IMG/VR virus record: IMGVR_UViG_3300044617_001255
Location: 1 to 64,000 of that record
DNA from: a virus
Direction: 5' to 3' (one strand)
DNA length: 64,000 nucleotides
In this document: positions 17,753-26,638 of the stretch, piece after piece
How positions within the stretch are numbered: position 1 is the first letter of the stretch
Layout of the letters: each line of letters starts with the position of its first letter
The notes under the pieces: generated by a model
What the model saw: the letters and a program-made list of their open reading frames with translations, nothing else
Database searches by the model: none
What the model was told of the DNA's origin: nothing
Made by a program: the position numbers and the translations under genes

Positions 17753-17816
17753 TTGTTAGACTGCCCATATGGGGGTCTGAATATATTTTGTCTAGCTTAT
17801 TATAAAGGAGGCAAAC

Positions 17817-18278
17817 ATGACAAATACAAAAAATCTATCCATTTCTAATTCACAAATTAATCGCTATTCAAGCGATGATATTATCGACATTTTTAACCGA
17901 AGTATTGGTTGGAACAGTCTTTTTGACCGATACAAACACCCTTCATATTCTTCAACATATCCACCAACAGATGTGACTCAATTGAATGAAACTGAGACTG
18001 TAATTGAAATGGCAGTTGCTGGTTATAAAGAAGAAGATTTGAAAGTTGAGTATTTTAAAAATACTTTGACTGTAACCGGTTCAAAAGTCAGTCCAAACAC
18101 TGTTCATTCAAAAATTGTCGGAGAGATCGCAAGAAGGTCTTTCGTAAGATCTTTTGCAATTGCTGATGATTGTGAGATCAGAGATGTAACTCTGAGTGAT
18201 GGCATTCTTTCAATATTGGTTGTTCAAAACATACCGGAAGAGAAGAAGCCAAAAATACTTACAATCACCAGAAAGTAA
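17817..18278 (+). CDS. Small heat shock protein (Hsp20/IbpA family)
   Basis: YPP.D, IEMAVAG, IARRSF.RSF, L.DGIL.I, IPEEKKP. Confidence 0.92.
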   Translation: MTNTKNLSISNSQINRYSSDDIIDIFNRSIGWNSLFDRYKHPSYSSTYPPTDVTQLNETETVIEMAVAGYKEEDLKVEYFKNTLTVTGSKVSPNTVHSKIVGEIARRSFVRSFAIADDCEIRDVTLSDGILSILVVQNIPEEKKPKILTITRK

Positions 18279-18279
18279 G

Positions 18280-18313
18280 AAAAAACCCCGGATCTCTCCG
18301 GGGTTTTTGTTTT
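18280..18313. terminator. Bidirectional intrinsic terminator
   Basis: aaaaaaccccgga-tctc-tccggggtttttgtttt. Confidence 0.75.
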
Positions 18314-19268
18314 ATTCAGTTTCGTTGTGTGAAACAAGCACCTGATTTATGTTTGAATACAACTTGTTTTTGGTATTTTCTGTCAATTTCACTTCATATA
18401 GATTTTCAACTATAATATGTGTGGCTTGAGATAGAGTATCTACATAATCTTCTCTCATGCCTCTTCTTGTTCCCGTTGGTCTTACATAACCGCTGGCAGT
18501 TTCCCAGTCGGTATCATACTCTCCTTGATCTCCACGGGTGGTTGTTGTTTTTCCTGATGTTCTTTGTCTTGGACCACTACCTTCGCCATCTCTTCCTAAC
18601 ATTGCTGCAGCACCTGCAGCACCAGTAGCAAGAATACCAAGAGTACCAAGAGCACTTTTTCCTGTTGCTTTTGCAAGATCCATACCGCCCTTATAACCTG
18701 CTTGTTTAACTGTGCTTCCTAAAAATCCTTGTTTTCCTCCACCTGGTTTGCTAAATTGAGGAGTCATTTTTTTACCTGCGATTTCAGCTTTTTGACCAAG
18801 TTTTACTAAAAATCCTTTTTTTGGCATTTGTGGTGCAATATCATCAACAAAAGGAATGTCTCCTTTTCTGCCACCTGTTTCCCATGCTTTTAATGCTTTA
18901 TCTTGTGCAGTTTTTGTTGCTTCTTTTGCTTTTGTTATTGCTTCTGCTCTTTTTGTTTTATATCCTGTTTGTGCTGCTTTTCCTCCTGCTTTGATTCCTG
19001 ACCCGATAAGTCTTTTTCCTGCAGTCCAGCCCAATTTTATTAATGGAAAAAGTTCATTCAATTGAACTTGCTCATCAATATAATCAATTTCTTCTTCTGT
19101 GAGTTCAATACCGAAAGTATTCTCGATAGATTCTACTATAATTGCGAGATTTGTGAAATGCTCATTGAGTTGTTCTTCTGTGAGAACAATTTCATTTGTA
19201 TTTTGTGTATTTGTAATATTATTACGGTAAGATTCGTTTAATTCTTTTACCCAATCGTTATTATGCAT
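18312..19268 (-). CDS. Hypothetical late protein, probably virion-internal
   Basis: Late promoter 19295-19302; several L-x-E sites; N-terminus shared with 21864-22271. Confidence 0.5.
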   Translation of the reverse strand: MHNNDWVKELNESYRNNITNTQNTNEIVLTEEQLNEHFTNLAIIVESIENTFGIELTEEEIDYIDEQVQLNELFPLIKLGWTAGKRLIGSGIKAGGKAAQTGYKTKRAEAITKAKEATKTAQDKALKAWETGGRKGDIPFVDDIAPQMPKKGFLVKLGQKAEIAGKKMTPQFSKPGGGKQGFLGSTVKQAGYKGGMDLAKATGKSALGTLGILATGAAGAAAMLGRDGEGSGPRQRTSGKTTTTRGDQGEYDTDWETASGYVRPTGTRRGMREDYVDTLSQATHIIVENLYEVKLTENTKNKLYSNINQVLVSHNETE

Positions 19269-19392
19269 TTTTTTCTCCAGAAGTTATACTTCATTATTTA
19301 TAAAAAAAGACACTCTTAAAGTGTCTTTAATAAGTATAGAATTAACCTTGAATGCTAACACAGTTATCTATAAGATTCCAGAAGTTAACAAA

Positions 19393-19734
19393 TTATTTTG
19401 GTACGTTAATTGTTCTACCAGTTAGTAGTGGAGGAGATTTAGATTTAATATAAGAAGGCTTTGGTTGTCTTCTAAGTTTTGATGCTTTTCTTTTGGCAGA
19501 TTCACTTCCACCTAATGTTGGTTCTCCAAGTCTTCGGAGCATTCTTACTGCCTGTCCATGCTCTTCAGCAGAACGAGTTGGATCTCTAAGAACTTTATGT
19601 AATGCCTCTTCTCTATCAGAACGAGTCAATGCTGCAGTATCTGCTTCCTCTTGAGAACGTCCCTTACTCAAGTAATATTTTTCAACCTCTTTGGGTGATC
19701 TTAAAGATTCAATTAATTGTTTAAATGTTTTCAT
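19393..19734 (-). CDS. Putative internal virion protein
   Basis: MKTFKQLIE. Confidence 0.55.
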   Translation of the reverse strand: MKTFKQLIESLRSPKEVEKYYLSKGRSQEEADTAALTRSDREEALHKVLRDPTRSAEEHGQAVRMLRRLGEPTLGGSESAKRKASKLRRQPKPSYIKSKSPPLLTGRTINVPK

Positions 19735-19743
19735 AAATTATTC

Positions 19744-20400
19744 TCAACGGTCATCTGGGTCCCAAGTGTAAGCATCCATCGGATTTTTTCTTGCGAAATT
19801 TGTAAAACTTTTTTCACTACGAGAATGCCTTTTAGATGCATCTTTTAAAATATCAAAATTTATACCAGTCATAGGTTCTATTTCAGGACCATCTACTTTT
19901 CCTTGTCTTCTAAGATATTCTAAATTCTCTTTTGGAGGATTTGCTATCGTATCAAATTTATCTGGATTGACACTTGGAACATTCATACTGAATATTCTGT
20001 TACGCCTATCAGCATCTCTATATTCTTCACCTTTTGTTTTATCAAAATAAGTTTTATTATCTCTGCCTATTTTACCAGCGTGCATCCATTTCTTTCCATG
20101 CTTTTCAATAAATTTCTTTATTGGGTGTTGTTCCTCTGGTGGTACTGGTTTTTTATCTCTGAAATCTTGTTGTATTTGGTATGATTTTTTTTCAGCATCT
20201 CTATGCTGTCTGTTCAAGTCTTTTTCTACAGTTCGAACATTTTGGAATCTTTGTTTTCTACGCTCTTCCGCTTCTTGTGCTTTTTTAAAAGCAGTTTCTT
20301 TATCTGTACCTTTTCTTACTTCATGACCATAAACATCTGCTGCATGTTGTTGTGGTGTCATTACTTCCAGTAGATTAACTAATTGTTTAAATGTTTTCAT
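19744..20400 (-). CDS. Putative internal virion protein
   Basis: MKTFKQLVNLLE; late promoter 20421-20428. Confidence 0.55.
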   Translation of the reverse strand: MKTFKQLVNLLEVMTPQQHAADVYGHEVRKGTDKETAFKKAQEAEERRKQRFQNVRTVEKDLNRQHRDAEKKSYQIQQDFRDKKPVPPEEQHPIKKFIEKHGKKWMHAGKIGRDNKTYFDKTKGEEYRDADRRNRIFSMNVPSVNPDKFDTIANPPKENLEYLRRQGKVDGPEIEPMTGINFDILKDASKRHSRSEKSFTNFARKNPMDAYTWDPDDR

Positions 20401-20501
20401 ATATTAGATCCTGTTTACTCTATTTATACAAAAGAAAAACCCTCAGATTTCTCCGAGGGTTTTCTTTTTCATAACGCTTTTTTAAAGCGCTTTTTTACAA
20501 T

Positions 20502-20660
20502 TCACTTGGCTGTAACTACTGCGATAGCGGCTTCGATTGCGCTCCAGATTGTTCCGATGCCTGCGACAGCGAAAGGAAGTAGAGCGAAGAATGCCATAAC
20601 ATGCCAAGGGTTCTTCCAGCAGATCTTGCATCCGACTGGGCAATTTGTTGAGTTTTCCAT
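20502..20660 (-). CDS. 52-aa membrane protein MENSTNCPVGCKICWKNPWHVMAFFALLPFAVAGIGTIWSAIEAAIAVVTAK (not in ORF track)
   Basis: Hand translation; RBS AAGGAG; hydrophobic segment. Confidence 0.6.
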   Translation of the reverse strand: MENSTNCPVGCKICWKNPWHVMAFFALLPFAVAGIGTIWSAIEAAIAVVTAK

Positions 20661-20690
20661 TTTTTTCTCCTTTTTTTTGAAAAACTTTTT

Positions 20691-21443
20691 TCAGAAACTA
20701 AAACCAACACCACCAGAAACTACTGCAGAGTTCTCTACAGCAACCGTCTGTGATACGGGGAAACCGATTCCCAAGGTAACAGAAACGTTTGATGCAGGGT
20801 TCCACTTAAGCTCTGGACCGAGAAGAAGAACTTGACTTCCATCTACTTCGTAAAGTTGGGTGAAATTCGCACCAACGTCAAGAGTAGTTGAAAGGTCGTA
20901 GTTCAACTCAGTTACCATAGTAATAAGATCTGATGTGGTCTGATAGCCGAGCAATGCGCTATACGTATCGCCTGTGACGAAAGTATAGTCAAATGATTGG
21001 CTAAGAGTCCATGCAGACCAGTTTTGGGAAACAACGCCACCGACATGAGGGGCTACTTCAGATGTTGAGTAGACCGTTGAGCCAGTTGGAAGGTAAAGTC
21101 CGATATTAAAATCGAAACTCATTTCTCCTCCGAGAACTGCCCAGTCACGAACGATGTTATTGGTCATACCGACTTCTACGCTACCGTAACCACTATCCTC
21201 ACTCACATAAGTCGGAAGACTAATATTGAGCGTTGTAAAGTCCATAACACGTGCCTTAACGGTGGTGTTAAGTTCTACCACGCTACTGGCGTCTCTCTTA
21301 CCATAGAAACCAAAGACCTCTTGGAGCGTAATGTCCGAGATAAGATTTGGATTTGCTGGTGCTGATGGAGCAGGTGTGCTCTGAGCAGCAACAGGAAATG
21401 TCACTAGGGTTGAGAGAACCATTCCTGAAACGAGATTTTGCAT
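20691..21443 (-). CDS. Outer-membrane beta-barrel protein
   Basis: Signal peptide (..PVAA-Q), alternating beta strands, LPTG motif, C-terminal GVGFSF. Confidence 0.7.
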   Translation of the reverse strand: MQNLVSGMVLSTLVTFPVAAQSTPAPSAPANPNLISDITLQEVFGFYGKRDASSVVELNTTVKARVMDFTTLNISLPTYVSEDSGYGSVEVGMTNNIVRDWAVLGGEMSFDFNIGLYLPTGSTVYSTSEVAPHVGGVVSQNWSAWTLSQSFDYTFVTGDTYSALLGYQTTSDLITMVTELNYDLSTTLDVGANFTQLYEVDGSQVLLLGPELKWNPASNVSVTLGIGFPVSQTVAVENSAVVSGGVGFSF

Positions 21444-21534
21444 AATTTCTCCTTTTTTCAAAATCCCACACTCCCTATGAGCGTGGACAAGTATATAGAC
21501 AGGGGAACTTTATGCGAATTTGTTAATTCACAAA

Positions 21535-21801
21535 TTACCAACCATACCATACGGGGTAGCAGGAGCCATATCCGTAGGAATAATTGTTATAATAATAGGG
21601 GTAATATGTGTAATAAGGTGCCACATTGACACCTCTGCTCAAATTCTCAGAGGTCCAATTAGGGTTATATCCATAACCATTGCTCTTGTTCTCGTAGCGA
21701 TACTTGGAGCCGTCCGGAGCGGTGTACTCGGTTATGATGTAGGTCTGTTGAGGAGCACAGGAAGGGAATAGTAGAAAAGCGGAAATCAATAATTTTTTCA
21801 T
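21535..21801 (-). CDS. Lipoprotein with Tyr-rich tail
   Basis: MKKLLISAFLLFPSC lipobox-like signal. Confidence 0.55.
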   Translation of the reverse strand: MKKLLISAFLLFPSCAPQQTYIITEYTAPDGSKYRYENKSNGYGYNPNWTSENLSRGVNVAPYYTYYPYYYNNYSYGYGSCYPVWYGW

Positions 21802-21863
21802 GATGTAAATCTCCGGAGAGTATGTAGGAACTAAAAACCCCCGTTTCCGGGGGTTTGTTTTTT

Positions 21864-22271
21864 TCATTTCTTGTCGTTTTCTCCGAGATGGTCCCAGAGG
21901 TGACCCTCGACATTCTCTACAGCATTGTCGATGAGTTGTTCGTATCTGGGGTGCTCACTATGATCTCCGCCTACGGTATCATTGACATCATATGAATGCC
22001 CCTCAATACCATAGTGATCGTGAATTGCTTCAATGGAAGCATCTACGACATTATCCCTATTTACTTCCTTGTCACCAAGATTATTATGAATTGTTTTTAA
22101 TGTTTGGACCTTGGGATGCTTTGCATAATGTTTATCCAACTTGGAGTGAATAAAATCAGCAGCCTTGTGAACCATAGGATGGTACTCTTCTGATTTACCT
22201 TCTTCTTCATTTATTCCGAGTCTTGTCTTGAGATAACTTTCTGTGAGTTTATTGATCCAATTGTCGTACAT
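21864..22271 (-). CDS. Hypothetical late protein
   Basis: MYDNWINKLTESY; CATAAATA upstream. Confidence 0.5.
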   Translation of the reverse strand: MYDNWINKLTESYLKTRLGINEEEGKSEEYHPMVHKAADFIHSKLDKHYAKHPKVQTLKTIHNNLGDKEVNRDNVVDASIEAIHDHYGIEGHSYDVNDTVGGDHSEHPRYEQLIDNAVENVEGHLWDHLGENDKK

Positions 22272-22310
22272 GTTGAGTTCCTTTTCATATTATTTATGTA
22301 AATAAAAAAA

Positions 22311-22480
22311 TGGGGGATGGGACCCATTTCAAAAAAATGTTCAGAATACTGTATGGGACCCGTAAGAAAAAATTACCGGATGGGACCCTATAGGGGAGGT
22401 AATGAGAATTTAGGGGGGGTATATAAAAAATAGGGGTGGGGTTTAGGTAGGGGGGGTCCCCAGGGGGGAGGGACCCATTG
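22311..22480. repeat. Non-coding G-tract region with GGGACCC repeats (candidate origin/terminus signal)
   Basis: ATGGGACCC at 22317, 22353, 22380; GGGACCC 22470; inverted copy 22454; G4-G7 runs. Confidence 0.55.
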
Positions 22481-22574
22481 GCAAAAATACTGTTCCCCTC
22501 TCCGAGGCTCGCTGAAGGCCCGCCGAGGGCTCGCCACCCCCTCCCTCCGAGAGTGGCGAGCCCAGGGGCGGGGA

Positions 22575-22805
22575 TTAGGTCATTTTCAGAATCGACTCTT
22601 CCCGGTCGTAGTTCGCCGCCGTCACCTCGTCCTGAAGATTGTTCGCCTCGTCGCTGGTGAGGTAGCCGAAAGTACGTCCGCCCAGGATGAATCCGTTGGC
22701 GAATGAAGTGGCAACCTTCAGAGTGTGCAGGTCCGGGGCACGACGTATCGCCGCAAGTGCGGCCATGAAACGGGGGAGAAAGTTGTTTGGAGTAGCAGTG
22801 GTCAT
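22575..22805 (-). CDS. Hypothetical early protein (leaderless)
   Basis: TTGACA-N16-TACAAT-N6-ATG (22812-22839). Confidence 0.7.
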   Translation of the reverse strand: MTTATPNNFLPRFMAALAAIRRAPDLHTLKVATSFANGFILGGRTFGYLTSDEANNLQDEVTAANYDREESILKMT

Positions 22806-22921
22806 GCGTGTATTGTAACCGGCTCCGGCCCGGTGTCAAGGAGTAATTTCACATATTCGCCAGGGAGCCATTTTCGAATATTCCCTATTGACATATTCGA
22901 TTCTGCCCTTACAATACTCGC

Positions 22922-23329
22922 ATGACCACCAACCTTCTCAACATCGGCAAGTCCCCTCTCGTAACCTTCGTCAAGGGCTTCTTTCGCAAGCCCACCAAGC
23001 CCGTGCAGCCCGTCGCCGTGAATGGCTCGACGGACGAGGACGCTACCCGTACCATCACGGTGCAGGTGTTGCGCCCCTGCACCGATCGCATTCTCTACGC
23101 CTTCTCTGTTCGCTGCCCGGTGTCCGCTGCCCCGGCTCGCATCGCGCAGCGTGTCGCCGTCCTGAAGAACATCCCCGGTAATCATCGGGTGTGGATGACG
23201 GATACCCGGTACGGTGTCGTGGACCCCGCCGCTACGGTCGGCGTGAACGGCATCTACGACTACCGCTACCGTGTGCTGCGTCAAGACAACACCGTTGGTG
23301 TCCGGTTGATCGATCCCCGCCGTAGGTGA
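22922..23329 (+). CDS. Hypothetical early protein (leaderless)
   Basis: TTGACA 22888, TACAAT 22910, ATG 6 nt later; terminator 23346-23389. Confidence 0.75.
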   Translation: MTTNLLNIGKSPLVTFVKGFFRKPTKPVQPVAVNGSTDEDATRTITVQVLRPCTDRILYAFSVRCPVSAAPARIAQRVAVLKNIPGNHRVWMTDTRYGVVDPAATVGVNGIYDYRYRVLRQDNTVGVRLIDPRRR

Positions 23330-23433
23330 GTGGTGGTGAGTCATGGACCCCCGGACGGCACGTTGCCTCCGGGGGTTCTTTTATTTTTGAAATTCCCTAT
23401 TGACACGCTCTCGCCCCCGGTTACAATACGCGC

Positions 23434-23763
23434 ATGACAAACTCACCCGCCTACCGTCCCGCTAGCTCCTTCTCCGCCGAAGCCATTCTGGAGGCACAGA
23501 CCGATGCAGGTCTGCGCTGCATGTCTGACCTGATGATCGTCCTTTCGAAGACCGATCGCCACGTGCCCATGATCGCCATCGTCGCCTTCTCGCAACGCTA
23601 CCCGATTCAGTTCGAAACCTTCGAACTCATTCTCAACGCCCTTCTTTGCAACGATCTCGTCGGCTACCGCCTGAACCCCGAGAACATCGAAGACTCGTCC
23701 ATGTTCGGCACGGACAAACTCCGCATGGTCATGGGATGCAAGGGGGCCGGTGTCCCGGACTGA
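23434..23763 (+). CDS. Hypothetical early protein (leaderless)
   Basis: TTGACA 23400, TACAAT 23422, ATG 6 nt later. Confidence 0.75.
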   Translation: MTNSPAYRPASSFSAEAILEAQTDAGLRCMSDLMIVLSKTDRHVPMIAIVAFSQRYPIQFETFELILNALLCNDLVGYRLNPENIEDSSMFGTDKLRMVMGCKGAGVPD

Positions 23764-23856
23764 ACCATAGTCGTGGTGATCGCCACGCACCCCACCCAGC
23801 CATCCCCTGGGTGGGGTTCTCTATTTGTGTAATTCCTGGCAGAATTTCCTTGACAC

Positions 23857-23927
23857 GAATTTGTTGACAGCGTCCACCACCAATACACACACATATCAGC
23901 CGGGTGGTGGTCGCTGTCAACAAATTC
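23857..23927. repeat. Inverted-repeat element copy 1
   Basis: 25-bp arms GAATTTGTTGACAGCGTCCACCACC / GGTGGTGGTCGCTGTCAACAAATTC, 1 mismatch. Confidence 0.9.
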
Positions 23928-24033
23928 CAGGCCAAAGTCAAGCGGAAAGTTCACATTTAGTTGCAAATAGCGATTTCACATATTCCCGATGGTAACCCCT
24001 TGCATATGGCGATTCTGCCCTTATAATTGGGGC

Positions 24034-24588
24034 ATGACCAACTCACCCGCTACAATCGATACGATCCTCCCCGCCCTTCGCACCCGTGTGGCGAATGCCA
24101 CCATGTCCGATATCATGCACGCCCACGCATGGTACGATGCGGCGAATTGCATCGCCCGCCGTATGGCGATTCTGAATCCCGCCCTTACCGTCGAGTCGGC
24201 GGCTACCATCGTCGCCGCATTCTCGCCCCGTGTGTCGTGGGCGCAGAATGTCCGCAAGGCGTTCGCCTTCGCCGTGGGATCCCCCGTCCGTGGGCTTTCC
24301 GCTCATACCCGTACTGCCGAGCGTGCGGTTACGATGGGCTTCGGTGCTATCGACCCCCGCACCGCCCCGAAGACATATAACTTCGCCCGCAACATTGCAG
24401 GCGACTACAACGCCGTCACGGTCGATATCTGGATGTGCCGTGCCGCCGAGATCGGACGGGACGCACCTACCATCCGCCAGTATCGCGCCATCGCTGACGC
24501 TGTGCGGACTCTCGCCGCCGAGTACAACATGACCCCCGCCGCAATGCAGGCGCTTATCTGGATTGTGGAACGGGGTCGCTCCGAGTGA
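24034..24588 (+). CDS. DUF7178-like protein (HhH DNA glycosylase-related fold), leaderless early gene
   Basis: WY, AAFSP..SW..N, KT.NF, VTVD.W..R, MQA..W; promoter TTGCAT-N16-TATAAT-N6-ATG. Confidence 0.6.
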   Translation: MTNSPATIDTILPALRTRVANATMSDIMHAHAWYDAANCIARRMAILNPALTVESAATIVAAFSPRVSWAQNVRKAFAFAVGSPVRGLSAHTRTAERAVTMGFGAIDPRTAPKTYNFARNIAGDYNAVTVDIWMCRAAEIGRDAPTIRQYRAIADAVRTLAAEYNMTPAAMQALIWIVERGRSE

Positions 24589-24678
24589 CCGTAGCGGGTC
24601 CGAGAATAGCCCCTGGCCCAGCGTCGGGCCGGGGGTTATTCCATTCCTGGCGCAAATAGGGAATTTCGCAAATTAATA

Positions 24679-24756
24679 TGTTGACAGCGACCTAGACCGA
24701 CGACACGCACACCCTTTAAGTGTGCAGTGTAAGGAAGGTCTAGGTCGCTGTCAACA
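24679..24756. repeat. Inverted-repeat element copy 2
   Basis: Perfect 20-bp arms TGTTGACAGCGACCTAGACC / GGTCTAGGTCGCTGTCAACA. Confidence 0.9.
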
Positions 24757-24855
24757 ATAGGCCCTGGTTGTCAAGGGAATTCCAGGAAGATTGTCGAAAA
24801 AAGAAAATGTTTATTTGGCGATTGACGAATGGCGAATGGAGATTATAATGGGGGC

Positions 24856-25155
24856 ATGAACACCACGACCCCTAGCGTCATCTGGCCTTGGAATCGCATC
24901 CTGCACACGGGCTACACGATCCTCACCACCGTCGAAGTCTGCACGATGCAGGGAAACCTGCTCCGCATCACCTACCGTCCGGAGACTGGCGATACCGTGG
25001 TGCGTGTGGTGAAGCCGGAGAATGTCTCCACCACGCAGGATCGGAACATGATCCTCCACGCCAGCCGTCATGAGAACGGCGAGACTGTGCAGCGTTCCTA
25101 CCGCCTTGACCGCATCGAGAACATTGACATTCTCCCCGATCTGCGGGAAATGTGA
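24856..25155 (+). CDS. Stand-alone WYL-domain protein, leaderless early gene
   Basis: LRITY....G....RVVKP...ILHA...RSYRLDRI; TTGACG-N16-TATAAT-N6-ATG. Confidence 0.7.
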   Translation: MNTTTPSVIWPWNRILHTGYTILTTVEVCTMQGNLLRITYRPETGDTVVRVVKPENVSTTQDRNMILHASRHENGETVQRSYRLDRIENIDILPDLREM

Positions 25156-25199
25156 TCTTTCCGATTGACACCACCCCCAACCCCCGGTACAATACCGCC

Positions 25200-25607
25200 A
25201 TGAACCACAACAACGACAACATCGATGATTCGGACGACCTGTTCAACGACCTGCCCCCGGAGGTCGAGCAGATTCTCAACAGCATGACCGAGGCGGACAT
25301 GACCGCCTTGCGTGAGGTCACCGATGACCCCTTCGGACACCCCGACTCGCCCTTCCTGATCAACCTTGACCGCATCAGCGGCAAGGATGCAAAGGATGTC
25401 GCCCACGGCATCATCACGGCGCAGAACTGGATGCTGATGAACTTCACCTGCTTTGAGCAGGTGATGAAGGAGACAGAGAAGGATCTGCCCCCGTACCTCG
25501 CCCGTCGCGTCAACACGGCGATGCGAAAGATGTGCCACATCATCAAGGAGTCTGCGGAGGTCACGCTCGCCATCGGCTGCAAGGTCGGTGAGGCGTACAA
25601 AGCCTGA
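25200..25607 (+). CDS. Hypothetical early protein (leaderless, acidic N-terminus)
   Basis: TTGACA 25165-N17-TACAAT 25188-N6-ATG. Confidence 0.7.
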   Translation: MNHNNDNIDDSDDLFNDLPPEVEQILNSMTEADMTALREVTDDPFGHPDSPFLINLDRISGKDAKDVAHGIITAQNWMLMNFTCFEQVMKETEKDLPPYLARRVNTAMRKMCHIIKESAEVTLAIGCKVGEAYKA

Positions 25608-25742
25608 TCCCCCGGTTCAGCCGGGTGGGGTGAGCGAACGCACCTCCCCCACCCGGTTTTCCCCGTCCCTGGCTAACCCCAGCAACCCGCAAGGGCCTGG
25701 GGTTTGTCAATAGGGGAATTTCAGAATTTCACATAAAAAATA

Positions 25743-25820
25743 TGTTGACAGCGAAACAAGCCCCGACGAAACGTAACGAAGTGAAGTTGAGGAGATTTAA
25801 GGCTTGTTTCGCTGTCAACA
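25743..25820. repeat. Inverted-repeat element copy 3
   Basis: Perfect 20-bp arms TGTTGACAGCGAAACAAGCC / GGCTTGTTTCGCTGTCAACA. Confidence 0.9.
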
Positions 25821-25826
25821 AATCCC

Positions 25827-26012
25827 CTAGCCTATGTCTAGGGAATCTCTGCTGCCGTCCAGAGACTGGCGAATCTGGTTTTTCATCATCCGGCGAATCT
25901 GATCCGCCGAACGAATGCGGCCATCCCAGGTCTTCGACCGGAGACGGCGACCCTGACGGAGATCATCGACCAGGAACTTGTGAGGACGGTGCGTGTGGCG
26001 ATTCTGCTTCAT
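25827..26012 (-). CDS. Small basic early protein (leaderless)
   Basis: TTGTCA-N16-TATAAT(26019-26024)-N6-ATG on - strand. Confidence 0.55.
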   Translation of the reverse strand: MKQNRHTHRPHKFLVDDLRQGRRLRSKTWDGRIRSADQIRRMMKNQIRQSLDGSRDSLDIG

Positions 26013-26073
26013 GCACATATTATACGGCGAAATGAGTCCTTGACAAGTGGCAAATGGAGATTATAATGCAAAC

Positions 26074-26274
26074 ATGAGTTATCGAACACTAATCACCAAG
26101 GATGGGTCAGCAGCGGTCTGCGTCCCATATTACAACTTCCACCTATTCCGTCAGGATCTCAAGCATATGACTTGGGATGATCTGAAGGGAGAGATTCGTC
26201 AGAGGTTCCCGGATTTGACCCGAGATGACCGATCTGTGCTAATGCGTGTCATCCGCGAAAGGACCACACCATGA
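26074..26274 (+). CDS. Hypothetical early protein (leaderless)
   Basis: TTGACA 26040-N16-TATAAT 26062-N6-ATG. Confidence 0.7.
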   Translation: MSYRTLITKDGSAAVCVPYYNFHLFRQDLKHMTWDDLKGEIRQRFPDLTRDDRSVLMRVIRERTTP

Positions 26275-26558
26275 CTGACCACATCCCCAAGTTCGACCCC
26301 ATCCCCCGCCTTCAGCAGATTGCCGCAACCATTGAGGAGAGCGGTGCAGACATCTTTGATGCTCCCGCTACCGCTGTTCACTACATTGAATGCGCCATCA
26401 AGGAGATTGAACGGCTGCGGAAAGAGCGCAATGAGGCGAGGCGGCGAATCTGTGAAATGCTGCATGAGGAAGGCTATGGCCGTTCTCCCGAAGAGTGGGC
26501 AGAGCGCAAAGGTTGGGATTGCTTTTGGGAACCCTTCAATGAGGACACCGATGACTGA
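26271..26558 (+). CDS. Hypothetical protein with ER(N/D)EARRxxC...GWDCF module
   Basis: RBS AAGGA; motif shared with 34399 and 35043 genes. Confidence 0.65.
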   Translation: MTDHIPKFDPIPRLQQIAATIEESGADIFDAPATAVHYIECAIKEIERLRKERNEARRRICEMLHEEGYGRSPEEWAERKGWDCFWEPFNEDTDD

Positions 26559-26638
26559 AATGACTGTGATCAGCGAAGAGTTCCCGAATATCGACTTCTG
26601 ATGGTTGACATGGTGCATTAGTTTGGTAAAATGCACAT

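Noticed and set aside
22294-22839. 181-aa and 60-aa ORFs across the G-tract region
   Set aside because: Pro/Gly-biased translation of homopolymer tracts; the real gene here is 22575-22805
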